Below the pieces are notes generated by a model. The model was not told where the DNA came from, did not search any database, and saw only the letters and a list, made by a program, of their open reading frames with translations. Below are positions 11,087 to 19,443 of a stretch of DNA of 64,000 bases, one piece after another (position 1 is the stretch's first letter; every line of letters starts with the position of its first letter). The stretch is taken from NCBI GenBank assembly GCA_965263035.1, contig OZ253580.1, positions 160,001 to 224,000 on the forward strand. Direction: 5' to 3'. The stretch comes from Acidobacteriota bacterium (GTDB lineage Bacteria > Acidobacteriota > UBA6911 > RPQK01 > JAJDTT01). Position numbers and translations under genes: made by a program.

Positions 11087-11130
11087 AAAAAACAAAAATG
11101 CCTGCACCACCCGGAGGCGGTGCAGGCATT
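11087..11130 (-). terminator. Intrinsic terminator downstream of the OmpA-family gene
   Basis: AATGCCTGCACC...GGTGCAGGCATT stem, followed by a T-rich tract on the minus strand. Confidence 0.8.
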
Positions 11131-11188
11131 CGGATCACTCAATGGTCACCGGCTCGATGGGACCCCATCCAGCCGTGGAGTCTGGGCC

Positions 11189-12442
11189 TTACGGAACGTA
11201 GAGTTCCACTTCGACCCGGCGATTCTCCTTGCGGCCCTCGCGCGTCTTGTTGTCAGCGGCGGGCATGGATTCGCCGGCGCTCTTGGTGGCGATCCTGGAA
11301 TCGCCGACGCTGTGCTGCGTGGTCAAGTAGGCCTTCGTTCGGTCGGCCCGCTTGGCTCCGGCCCTCATGTTGCCCTTCTCGCTGCCCACTGAGTCGGTGT
11401 GGCCGGTGATCGTGGCCATCAGACTCGGGTTCTGCTGCATCTTGAGGGCGATCTCGTCCAGCTTGGCCTTGGCCACGTTGTTCAGCCGGCCGTTGACCTG
11501 GATGATGATCTTCTCGCGGACCTTGAAGGAGGCCGTGGCCATTCCCTTTCCGCCTCGATCGTCACTGGCCGTGACCGAAACCGCGTGAGAACCGCCGCCC
11601 ATTCCACTGGTGTTGACCGTGGAGGTGCTGCCGGAACCGGACATGCTGCGACCGTTCACCGCCCAAGCGTAGGTGATGGGATCGCCTTCGGCGTCGCTGG
11701 CCTTGGCCGTGGCCATGACCGCTTCACCCATCATGACCTCCGACTTGTTGAGGCTCAGGGTCACCTTGGGATCGGTGTTGGGCCTGCGGTTGAGGTTCAC
11801 GTTGAAGGTGCAGCTGGCCGTCATGTTGTCGGAGTCTTTGACCGTGACCATGGCCTTGTGGGCCCCGACCGAACGGCCGGCGGTCCCGAACTGGAAGCTC
11901 GCCATGTTGCCGCTCACCGAACTCCCGTCGACCTTCCACGAATAAGTCAGAGGATCGTTGTTGGCATCCGATGCGCTGGCCTTCAGCATGACGCTCTTCC
12001 CTTCGGTCACATTCACCATGCTGGGGTTGCAGGAGATCATGGGTTTCTGCTTGTTTTTTTCGACCATGACGTCGATGGAGCAGGTCTCCTGCAGCTTGCG
12101 GTCGTCCAGCTCAGCCGTGACCTGATACGTGCCCGGCTTCAAACCCGTCGAGTCGAAGGTCGCGGACACCGATACCGGAGTGTTGGCATCCTGGTCCAAC
12201 CCGCCTCCCGACACCCTTCCCTGGCTGGCCGACCAGCTGAGTGTCAACTTGTTGCTGTCTCCACCGAAAGTGAATCGGTCGGGATCGGAGGCCTGAACCG
12301 TCAACTGCACGGAACTGCCCTCGACCACGGAAGCTCGACCGGCACCGCAGTCGATCTGGGGCGGACGATTCACACAACCCGTCGCTAACAGAACCGCAAG
12401 ACCCAGCACTGATACCGCCAGGAACCGTTTTCTCCAAGCCAT
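11189..12442 (-). CDS. OmpA-family lipoprotein with three Ig/PKD-like repeats
   Basis: Lipobox LATGC, repeated ASD.D.D.LTY.W units, C-terminal ITGHTDSVG...ENRRVEV. Confidence 0.9.
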   Translation of the reverse strand: MAWRKRFLAVSVLGLAVLLATGCVNRPPQIDCGAGRASVVEGSSVQLTVQASDPDRFTFGGDSNKLTLSWSASQGRVSGGGLDQDANTPVSVSATFDSTGLKPGTYQVTAELDDRKLQETCSIDVMVEKNKQKPMISCNPSMVNVTEGKSVMLKASASDANNDPLTYSWKVDGSSVSGNMASFQFGTAGRSVGAHKAMVTVKDSDNMTASCTFNVNLNRRPNTDPKVTLSLNKSEVMMGEAVMATAKASDAEGDPITYAWAVNGRSMSGSGSTSTVNTSGMGGGSHAVSVTASDDRGGKGMATASFKVREKIIIQVNGRLNNVAKAKLDEIALKMQQNPSLMATITGHTDSVGSEKGNMRAGAKRADRTKAYLTTQHSVGDSRIATKSAGESMPAADNKTREGRKENRRVEVELYVP

Positions 12443-12576
12443 GACATTCCCCCCTGTGGATAATTTCGATGAACTATACTCAGTGGGCATTATACAGACG
12501 CGGTTTCCAATGTAAATACCCCAACAGAACCAAAAGACCGACGACTTCAAGTCTCTTGTGGAGTACCGCCGCGTGA

Positions 12577-13575
12577 TCAGGTCCAATTGATACAGACACC
12601 GATCATTTCCGCCTCTCCCGAATCCATTTTGGCATAGACGTCTGGCAATTCCTCCCATTCGAACTGGTGGGTGACCATGGGAGCCACTTGCAGGCGTCCT
12701 CGGGCAAGGTAATCCAGTGTCAAATCGAGAGAGCGCCGGCGGTCCCAACGTTGCCCTGCCGGCGGGTAACCGTAGGAGGTCTTCAAGGAAAGATTTTTGC
12801 GCAAGTAAGGATAGTTCACCGGACTGAAGTGGGGCTGGTCGGTGTGGCGCGCCACCACCACGACCCTGCCCCCGGACCGGGCCACGTCCAGGCCCGTCTC
12901 GACGGCCTTCCAGGTGGAGGCCGCCTCGACCACCAAGTCGGCTCCCTCACCACCGAAAAATCCCATGATCCGGTCCGTGAAGTCTTCCTCGGCCGGGCTT
13001 CCGGTCCAGTCGGCTCCCATCGATCGGGCCACCTTCAGACGATTCCGGTCCAGGTCCACGACCGCCGTCCGGCAACCGAAGACGCGGCAAAAAGCCAATG
13101 CCGAGAGACCGATGAGGCCCGATCCGACGATGGCCACGTTTTCCCCGGGCAGGACGTCACCCCGGCGCAGGGCGATGTGAGCCACTTCCATGATGCTCAG
13201 GAAAACACCCAAGTGGTCCGGTAAATCCTCGGGAAGGCGCGTGGCCGCTTCGGCCGGGGACACCGCCATCTGCTTGTGAGGCTGCGGAACGAAAACCCGA
13301 TCGCCGATCCGGAAATCGGAGACGCCGGACCCTGCCTCCACGACTTCTCCCACCATGGAATATCCGTTCTCCACCGGGAACTGCAGCGGGAATCCGGGAT
13401 ACAGGTACTTCTGCTCCCGATCCACGGGAATCCCGCGGTAAACGCGAAGCTCGGTCCCCGTGCTGATGGCGGTCATTCGCGCCCGGACCAGCAGGCCGCC
13501 GGCCGGACAGTCAGGATCGAAAACCTCTTGGAACTGAGCGTTTCGGGGGTCGGTAACGATGAGTCGTTTGGACAT
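12577..13575 (-). CDS. Zinc-binding alcohol dehydrogenase family protein
   Basis: AISTGTE, GYSMVGEVVEAG, Rossmann GSGLIG. Confidence 0.88.
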   Translation of the reverse strand: MSKRLIVTDPRNAQFQEVFDPDCPAGGLLVRARMTAISTGTELRVYRGIPVDREQKYLYPGFPLQFPVENGYSMVGEVVEAGSGVSDFRIGDRVFVPQPHKQMAVSPAEAATRLPEDLPDHLGVFLSIMEVAHIALRRGDVLPGENVAIVGSGLIGLSALAFCRVFGCRTAVVDLDRNRLKVARSMGADWTGSPAEEDFTDRIMGFFGGEGADLVVEAASTWKAVETGLDVARSGGRVVVVARHTDQPHFSPVNYPYLRKNLSLKTSYGYPPAGQRWDRRRSLDLTLDYLARGRLQVAPMVTHQFEWEELPDVYAKMDSGEAEMIGVCINWT

Positions 13576-13658
13576 TTTGAGCTTGTGCCTTTCCCAATCC
13601 CGCACACTATAATGGATCGCCGTTCGTCATATGATCGGCGCGGTTTCAAGGAGGGTCC

Positions 13659-14405
13659 ATGAGTTATCAGGAATACAAGGCGGCCTACAAGCGGGATGGA
13701 CATCTCGTCATCCGGCAATTCTTGACCCAGGACGAGTTCCAGGAACTTTCCGACAACATCGGCCGGTATATCCGGGACGTGGTGCCGGGCCTGCCCCCCA
13801 GCAAGGCGTTCTATCAGGACCCCGAGAAGCCCGAGACCTTGAAACAGCTTCAGGACATGGAGGAAGATCCCTTCTTCCGGGATTTCCTCGATCACCCGAA
13901 GCTGGTCTCTCTCGCCGAAACCCTGGTGGGGGAGCCGGCCAGAGGGAATACGGAATGGTTCAATAAGCCGCCCAACACCCAGCACCCCACGCCGCCTCAC
14001 CAGGACAATTACTACTTCTGTCTGATTCCCTGCAACGTCGTGACCCTCTGGCTCCCGCTGGAGCCGGTCGACGAGGAGAACGGCTGCCTGCGCTACGTCA
14101 CCGGCTCCCACATGGAAGGTTACCGCCCCCACAATCCGACGGAAGTCATCGGCTTTTCCCAGGGGATCACCGACTACGGACCTCGGGACCGGCTCCAGGA
14201 ACACCGGGTGGTGCTGCAGCCGGGCGATCTGGCCGCCCACCATGGGATGATGATCCACAGCGCGGAACCCAACCGCTCCACCCACCGTAATCGGCCGGCA
14301 TTCGCCGTGGTTTTCAAAGGAGTCAGTTGCCGCCGGGACGAAGATGCGGCCCGCCGCTACCGGGAGAACCTCCGAAGGCAACACCAAGAGGCCGGAATGG
14401 CCTGA
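13659..14405 (+). CDS. Phytanoyl-CoA dioxygenase (PhyH) family protein
   Basis: TPPHQDNYY (HxD), ENGCLRYVTGSH, IHSAEPNRS. Confidence 0.92.
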   Translation: MSYQEYKAAYKRDGHLVIRQFLTQDEFQELSDNIGRYIRDVVPGLPPSKAFYQDPEKPETLKQLQDMEEDPFFRDFLDHPKLVSLAETLVGEPARGNTEWFNKPPNTQHPTPPHQDNYYFCLIPCNVVTLWLPLEPVDEENGCLRYVTGSHMEGYRPHNPTEVIGFSQGITDYGPRDRLQEHRVVLQPGDLAAHHGMMIHSAEPNRSTHRNRPAFAVVFKGVSCRRDEDAARRYRENLRRQHQEAGMA

Positions 14406-14428
14406 ACCGGCGGCCGGGTTTCTGGCGG

Positions 14429-16000
14429 ATGATACTCGTATCTGTTCTGATCGGTTTCCTGCTCACCCTGCCGCTCGCGGCTCAGTCCGCGCCCATCTCC
14501 ATCGGTTCCGAGAAACAACTGTTCCTGGACCAGCGGCTGATCCAGTCGAGCCGAAATGTGGAACTGGTGCTGAACCTTCCCGAACAGCCTCGGGAAAATC
14601 TCATCCTCAAAGACCGTCCCTGGGAACAGGGGAGGGCGGGTGGATACGCCCATGTCCTTCGCGACGGCGCCCTCTACCGCATGTACTACAACAGCTTCGA
14701 CCGCTCCTACCGGGTCCGGTATTTCTGTCTGGCCCTCTCTCACGACGGCGTCCACTGGACCAAACCGAACCTGGGCCTGATCCCTTACGCCGGGAACTAC
14801 GACACCAACATCATCGCCTTGGACGTTTTCGGGAGCCCGTTCATCGACCTCTTCGACTCACCCGAGCGTCGCTACAAGCTCTATTCCCGTGTGGGACGGG
14901 CCCGGGGAGAGCGCGATCAGATCATGCAGGGGGACTCGCCGGATTCGGGTTCGTTCTCCTGGCCGCCGGCGCAGGACGCCGATCCCCAGAGCGTCTACCT
15001 CCTGTACTCCGGGGACGGCGTCTTCTGGCAGCGGGAGCCGGAACCGGTGATGCCTTTCTACGTGGGCGCGCCCACCTCGGTTTTCTGGGACGAAGACGCC
15101 GGCGTCTGGGCCATCTATCCCCGGGCCTATCTTCCCGGCAGTCGCGTTCGGGTCTTCAGCCGAACCACCGCCGGCAAGCATGAGCTGGGAGAAGCCTTCG
15201 ACCTGAATCTCATGTCGCCGGCCCGCCGCCGGCTTGAGCAACAGACCGGATCTCGGGTCACAGGTCTCCTGGACGAACTTCCGGTGGCGCTCAAGCCGGA
15301 TCTCGAAGACCCCGATGGAATGCAGGTCTACACCATCTACGCCTACAACTACCCGGCTCAGGACGCGTACGTCGCGTTTCCCAGCATGTGGTATTCACGG
15401 CGCCCCGACGATTTCGAAAGAGTGGACGCCGGGGCAAGCGACACGCTGGAGATTCAATTCACCTTCTCCCGGGACGGAATCCGATGGCAGCGGCCCTTCC
15501 GGCAGCCCCTGGTCTCCCTGGGCTCACGGGGGTCGGCCTGGGAACACCAGATCTACGGAGCCGGACTGGTCGAGAGCGGCGATCGGCTCTATTTCTATTA
15601 CAACGGCCTGCCCAGCGAGCACCTGACCATGGACAAGGCCGCGGACTGGACGTGTGTGACCGCCCGGGCCATCTTCCGCCTCGACGGCTTCGTTTCGGCC
15701 GACGCGGCCTACGAGGGAGGAGAACTCACCACGCCACCCCTCACCTTCACCGGTTCCAGGCTCCAATACAACGCCAAGACCGGGGGCGGCGGCTTCATCC
15801 GGACCGAGATCCTGGATTCCACCGGCGCTCCCATTTCCGGGTTCACCCTGGCGGACTCGGACCGGGTCAACGGCAACAGCGTCCGTCACCTGGCCTCCTG
15901 GAGAGGCTCCGCCGACGTCTCCCCCCTGGCCGGGCAGCCGGTGCGGCTGCGGCTGGTGATGCGGGACACGAAGCTGTTCGCCCTCCAGTTCGTCCGCTGA
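14429..16000 (+). CDS. Secreted glycoside-hydrolase-like beta-propeller protein
   Basis: Signal peptide, repeated S.DG..W.(K/R)P Asp-box-like motifs, C-terminal FRLDGFVSADA sandwich. Paralogous to the N-half of 50125..53418. Confidence 0.65.
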   Translation: MILVSVLIGFLLTLPLAAQSAPISIGSEKQLFLDQRLIQSSRNVELVLNLPEQPRENLILKDRPWEQGRAGGYAHVLRDGALYRMYYNSFDRSYRVRYFCLALSHDGVHWTKPNLGLIPYAGNYDTNIIALDVFGSPFIDLFDSPERRYKLYSRVGRARGERDQIMQGDSPDSGSFSWPPAQDADPQSVYLLYSGDGVFWQREPEPVMPFYVGAPTSVFWDEDAGVWAIYPRAYLPGSRVRVFSRTTAGKHELGEAFDLNLMSPARRRLEQQTGSRVTGLLDELPVALKPDLEDPDGMQVYTIYAYNYPAQDAYVAFPSMWYSRRPDDFERVDAGASDTLEIQFTFSRDGIRWQRPFRQPLVSLGSRGSAWEHQIYGAGLVESGDRLYFYYNGLPSEHLTMDKAADWTCVTARAIFRLDGFVSADAAYEGGELTTPPLTFTGSRLQYNAKTGGGGFIRTEILDSTGAPISGFTLADSDRVNGNSVRHLASWRGSADVSPLAGQPVRLRLVMRDTKLFALQFVR

Positions 16001-16027
16001 TCGAGCGTCTCTCCGATTCGATCTGAG

Positions 16028-17302
16028 TCAGGCAGCCGGACTCACGTAGGGAATGGTCTGCGGTCCCTGGGGCAGGACGCCGAGGCGGGCGTCGGGACCG
16101 TATTCTTCCAGCAACTCCCGGACGGTGGCTTCCAGGTCCTGGACCGGTTCCAGGTGTGCGCTCCGGATCTGGCGCGGAGTCAACCCGTCCGACTTCAACA
16201 GGACGCGGGCCTTGAGTTGGATCTGGCTCTGGATCTGGACCTGCCACTGGTCGTGCGTGGTGACGTCTTCCCGTTGGATCCTGTCCAGAAAACTGGCGGG
16301 GTCAGCGGTCGAGGCCAGAAGTTTGCGGTACTCACCATGCTCCGGGATCCCGTCGGAGCACTCCGCGGCACAGACGATGGCGCCTCCCCGGCGGACGATG
16401 CGGGCCGCCGCCGACATCCCCTTCACCGACTGATAGAGGTTCAGGTCCAGGGGATAACCGCTGTTGGTGGTCACGACCACGTCGAACGGCCGGGCCACCG
16501 GTTGCATGGCCGTTTTCTGGGCAAAGCGGCAGGCGGACCCGTGGGACTCGAAGATCTCACCCGCGTGCACGCTGCTGATCTCATGGTCCCGATTCAAGGT
16601 GACGTCCAGACTGAAGTCCACGCCGGAGAGCGCAGCGACCTCGCGAATGGCGTCATGAATGGGATTGCCGTGGGTGATCCCCCAGGTGGCTCGCGGATGG
16701 GCGATCAGGGGGGCGCTGTGAAGGTTCATGATGGTGTCGAACCCGGCCAGACCCGGAGCCACCAACTTGGGTCCGCCACTGAACCCGGCAAAGAAATGGG
16801 GCTCCACGAACCCGGTGGTGATCCTCACGTCCGATTCAAGCCAGATCGAGTTGAGCCAAACCGGAATCCCGGAGGGAAGGGTGCCCCGGTAGCTGAGCGT
16901 TTCGGGCCGGAAGGACTGGTGATTGATGACCGGGTAGTTGCGGACCACTTCCGCTCCCAACATGCCCTCCAGTTCCTCCACGGTGTTGGAGCGGTGGGTG
17001 CCGGTGGCCACCAGGATGGAGATCCGGTCCCTGGGCACGTGCTCCAACTCGGCCAGCAGCACGGGAAGAACTCGGGAACTGGGCATGGGGCGTGTGATAT
17101 CGCAGACCGAGATGGCGACGGTCTGGTCGGGCCGCGCCAACTCTCTCAGGGGGAGAGTGCCCATGGGGCTTCGGAAGGCTTTCCGGAGCGCCTCCTCTTC
17201 GCACCGGACCCCCGGGAGATACGAGGGCTCCAGAACCGTCGTCCCCTCCCCGGGAAGCTCCACCACGAGACCGTTCTTACCGTATGCCAACTCAACCCGC
17301 AC
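16028..17302 (-). CDS. larA: Nickel-dependent lactate racemase family protein
   Basis: DITRPMP, ATGTHR, EPHFFAGFSGGPK, GYPLDLNLYQSVKG. Confidence 0.92.
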   Translation of the reverse strand: MRVELAYGKNGLVVELPGEGTTVLEPSYLPGVRCEEEALRKAFRSPMGTLPLRELARPDQTVAISVCDITRPMPSSRVLPVLLAELEHVPRDRISILVATGTHRSNTVEELEGMLGAEVVRNYPVINHQSFRPETLSYRGTLPSGIPVWLNSIWLESDVRITTGFVEPHFFAGFSGGPKLVAPGLAGFDTIMNLHSAPLIAHPRATWGITHGNPIHDAIREVAALSGVDFSLDVTLNRDHEISSVHAGEIFESHGSACRFAQKTAMQPVARPFDVVVTTNSGYPLDLNLYQSVKGMSAAARIVRRGGAIVCAAECSDGIPEHGEYRKLLASTADPASFLDRIQREDVTTHDQWQVQIQSQIQLKARVLLKSDGLTPRQIRSAHLEPVQDLEATVRELLEEYGPDARLGVLPQGPQTIPYVSPAA

Positions 17303-17831
17303 GGATTTCCTCCGATGTCTCTCCCGGGACGGGCCGTCCCGTCCTCCGGGTGGGGCCGCTCTCTCCGACGCCTCGATTCCTCAGGCGGGAAAAAAAGCCT
17401 TGCAGAAGCTGGCGCGCCTCGGCTTCCCGGACGCCCGGCACCACCTCGGGAGCGTGATTGAATCGACCCGGCTTCAACAGGTCGACCCGGGAGGAAACGG
17501 CTCCCGACTTCAAATCCGGTGCGGCGTAGACCAGACGTCCCACCCGAGCCCAGATCAGGGCGCCGGCACACATGGCGCAGGGTTCCAGCGTCACATAGAG
17601 GTGAGTGCCGGTCAATCGGTAGTTGGACAGGAGCTCGCCCGCTCTTCGCAGTACCAGGATTTCCGCGTGGGCCGTGGGGTCGGATCTCTGGATGCTCCGG
17701 TTGTGGTCCCGGGCCAGAAGCTCTCCCTCGTGCACCAACACGGCTCCTACCGGCACTTCTCCCTCACGGGCGGCCTGCCGGGCCTCCTCCAGGGCGATCT
17801 CCATCCAGCGATCCACCGCACTCTGTCCCAT
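17292..17831 (-). CDS. tadA: tRNA adenosine(34) deaminase
   Basis: GEVPVGAVLV, DPTAHAE, TLEPCAMCAGA. Confidence 0.95.
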   Translation of the reverse strand: MGQSAVDRWMEIALEEARQAAREGEVPVGAVLVHEGELLARDHNRSIQRSDPTAHAEILVLRRAGELLSNYRLTGTHLYVTLEPCAMCAGALIWARVGRLVYAAPDLKSGAVSSRVDLLKPGRFNHAPEVVPGVREAEARQLLQGFFSRLRNRGVGESGPTRRTGRPVPGETSEEIRAG

Positions 17832-17959
17832 CGGAGCCCCTCCTGACGATCGGATTCGACCTGAGCCAGGATAGCAGCCTGTGGTGAGCCACCGGAATTG
17901 GCGCCCTTGTGCCGGACTCGCCTCACGGTTGGGGCAGCGATCGCCGGCCGGCGGCTCAA

Positions 17960-18118
17960 CAGTCCGTGGTGAAAGTCCCGCGAGCACCGAGACCGTTCCT
18001 GCGCCCGCCGGACAAGGCGCGATGCGGGAGCATACCGGGAGTATGTGAGCCGATAGCAACGCAGTCCGCGCACGATGCAGGGACGGTCGAATGCCGTGAC
18101 GACTTTTGCCACGGGCTG
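17960..18118 (+). mobile_element. MITE family B copy 1 (159 bp)
   Basis: TIR CAGTCCGTGGTGAAAGTC/GACTTTTGCCACGGGCTG. TCAA duplicated at 17956-17959 and 18119-18122. Confidence 0.9.
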
Positions 18119-18200
18119 TCAACACCGTGCGATTTGCAATGATCCCGCAAGGCTGGCATAAAATCGATGTCCGGAAACTGCCGAGACGCCCTCACAATTC

Positions 18201-19109
18201 ATGACAGTCCCCCGAATTGCAACGCTCATCCTGACCGCACTCCTGGCCTCGTGCCAACGTTCGACCGAGACCGTCACCTTTTTCCACACCGCGAGTCTGT
18301 CTCCCCTGGTCGAGACCGTCTCCAAGCGGTTCGAGAGCATGCATCCGGACGTCGTGGTGGTGGGCGAGTCCGGGGCCGGGCTGGACATCATCCGCAAGTT
18401 GTCGGGCCAGGCACCGGGCCCGGATCTGCTGGCGATTTCGGACCGGCGGCTGCTGGAGCGGCTCCTGGATTCCGGCACCGTGAGCCGCGCCTTCGAGTTC
18501 CTGGGGAATGACGTGGTGCTTGCCACCCGGGACCCCGAAATCCTGAGTGCGACCCGGCTCTCGGGACGTTCCCACCGGCGCTGGCATGAAATCCTTCTGG
18601 AGCGGGATTATTCCTACGGGATCGCTGATCCCGACCGGGACCCACCCGGTTACTGCGCGCACCTGGTGTGGAAACTGGCCGAGATCCACTATGAACGTCC
18701 CGGTCTCTACCGGCGGCTCCTGAATGGGCTGGATTCGCGCTGGATCTGTCCTGAGTCCGGCGAGCTGGTGGCGCTGCTTCGGGCCGATGTCCTGGACCTG
18801 GCTTTTCTCTACCGGTCCACGGCGCTCCAGAACGATCTGGCCTTTCTGGATCTGCCTCCCCAGATCTCTCTCGGGGAAATGCCCTATCGGGAGGTCTACT
18901 CGCAGGCCACTCTCCGGGTCACCGGTGCGGGTCCCGATTCCATGGCCGAGATCAGCGGCGCGCCGATACGGTACGGCGTGGTCCTGACGCGGGAGAGCAA
19001 TCCGTGGGCCGAACGCTATCTGAACTACCTTCTGAGTCCCGAGGTCCAGGCCCTCTACCGGGAGTTGGGCTACCGCAACGTGCCGGTGACCGAGATTCCT
19101 CCCTGGTAG
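18201..19109 (+). CDS. Tungstate/molybdate ABC transporter substrate-binding lipoprotein (WtpA-like)
   Basis: Lipobox LASC, FHTASL, ADPDRDPPGY, DLAFLYRSTA, GAPIRYG. Confidence 0.75.
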   Translation: MTVPRIATLILTALLASCQRSTETVTFFHTASLSPLVETVSKRFESMHPDVVVVGESGAGLDIIRKLSGQAPGPDLLAISDRRLLERLLDSGTVSRAFEFLGNDVVLATRDPEILSATRLSGRSHRRWHEILLERDYSYGIADPDRDPPGYCAHLVWKLAEIHYERPGLYRRLLNGLDSRWICPESGELVALLRADVLDLAFLYRSTALQNDLAFLDLPPQISLGEMPYREVYSQATLRVTGAGPDSMAEISGAPIRYGVVLTRESNPWAERYLNYLLSPEVQALYRELGYRNVPVTEIPPW

Positions 19110-19443
19110 CGCTTGGCGGAAATCGCCACCGGGTGTGGTCGGCAGTCTCACTCATTCCGAGGAAAGAGAAAAGAGGAATAGAGAAAAGAGTGAAGATAGG
19201 CGCATAGTTTACGCGTAGCGGGCACCTCAACCGAAATGATCTCTTCAGGGATACCGGAGCCAGATTGGTTCGACGCCCTGTTTCTCCCATGTATCCGCCG
19301 GGGCCCAGCCGGTGAGGGTGCTTTCCTCTTTTCTCATTCCCTCTGTTTCAACGAAGAGGAAAGAGGCTGTGTTCGTCCAGTCGGCCAGATCTCCCTTTTG
19401 AAACCTTCTTCCCGACACCTCTTTGGGGTAAAGTGACGCCACC

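Noticed and set aside
17850-17950. SRP RNA (ffs) near tadA, prompted by AGGATAGCAGCC
   Set aside because: It lacks the CAGGTCCGGAAGGAAGCAGC helix-8 motif. The same bases read as an extended -10 (TGCTATCCT) for tadA on the minus strand.
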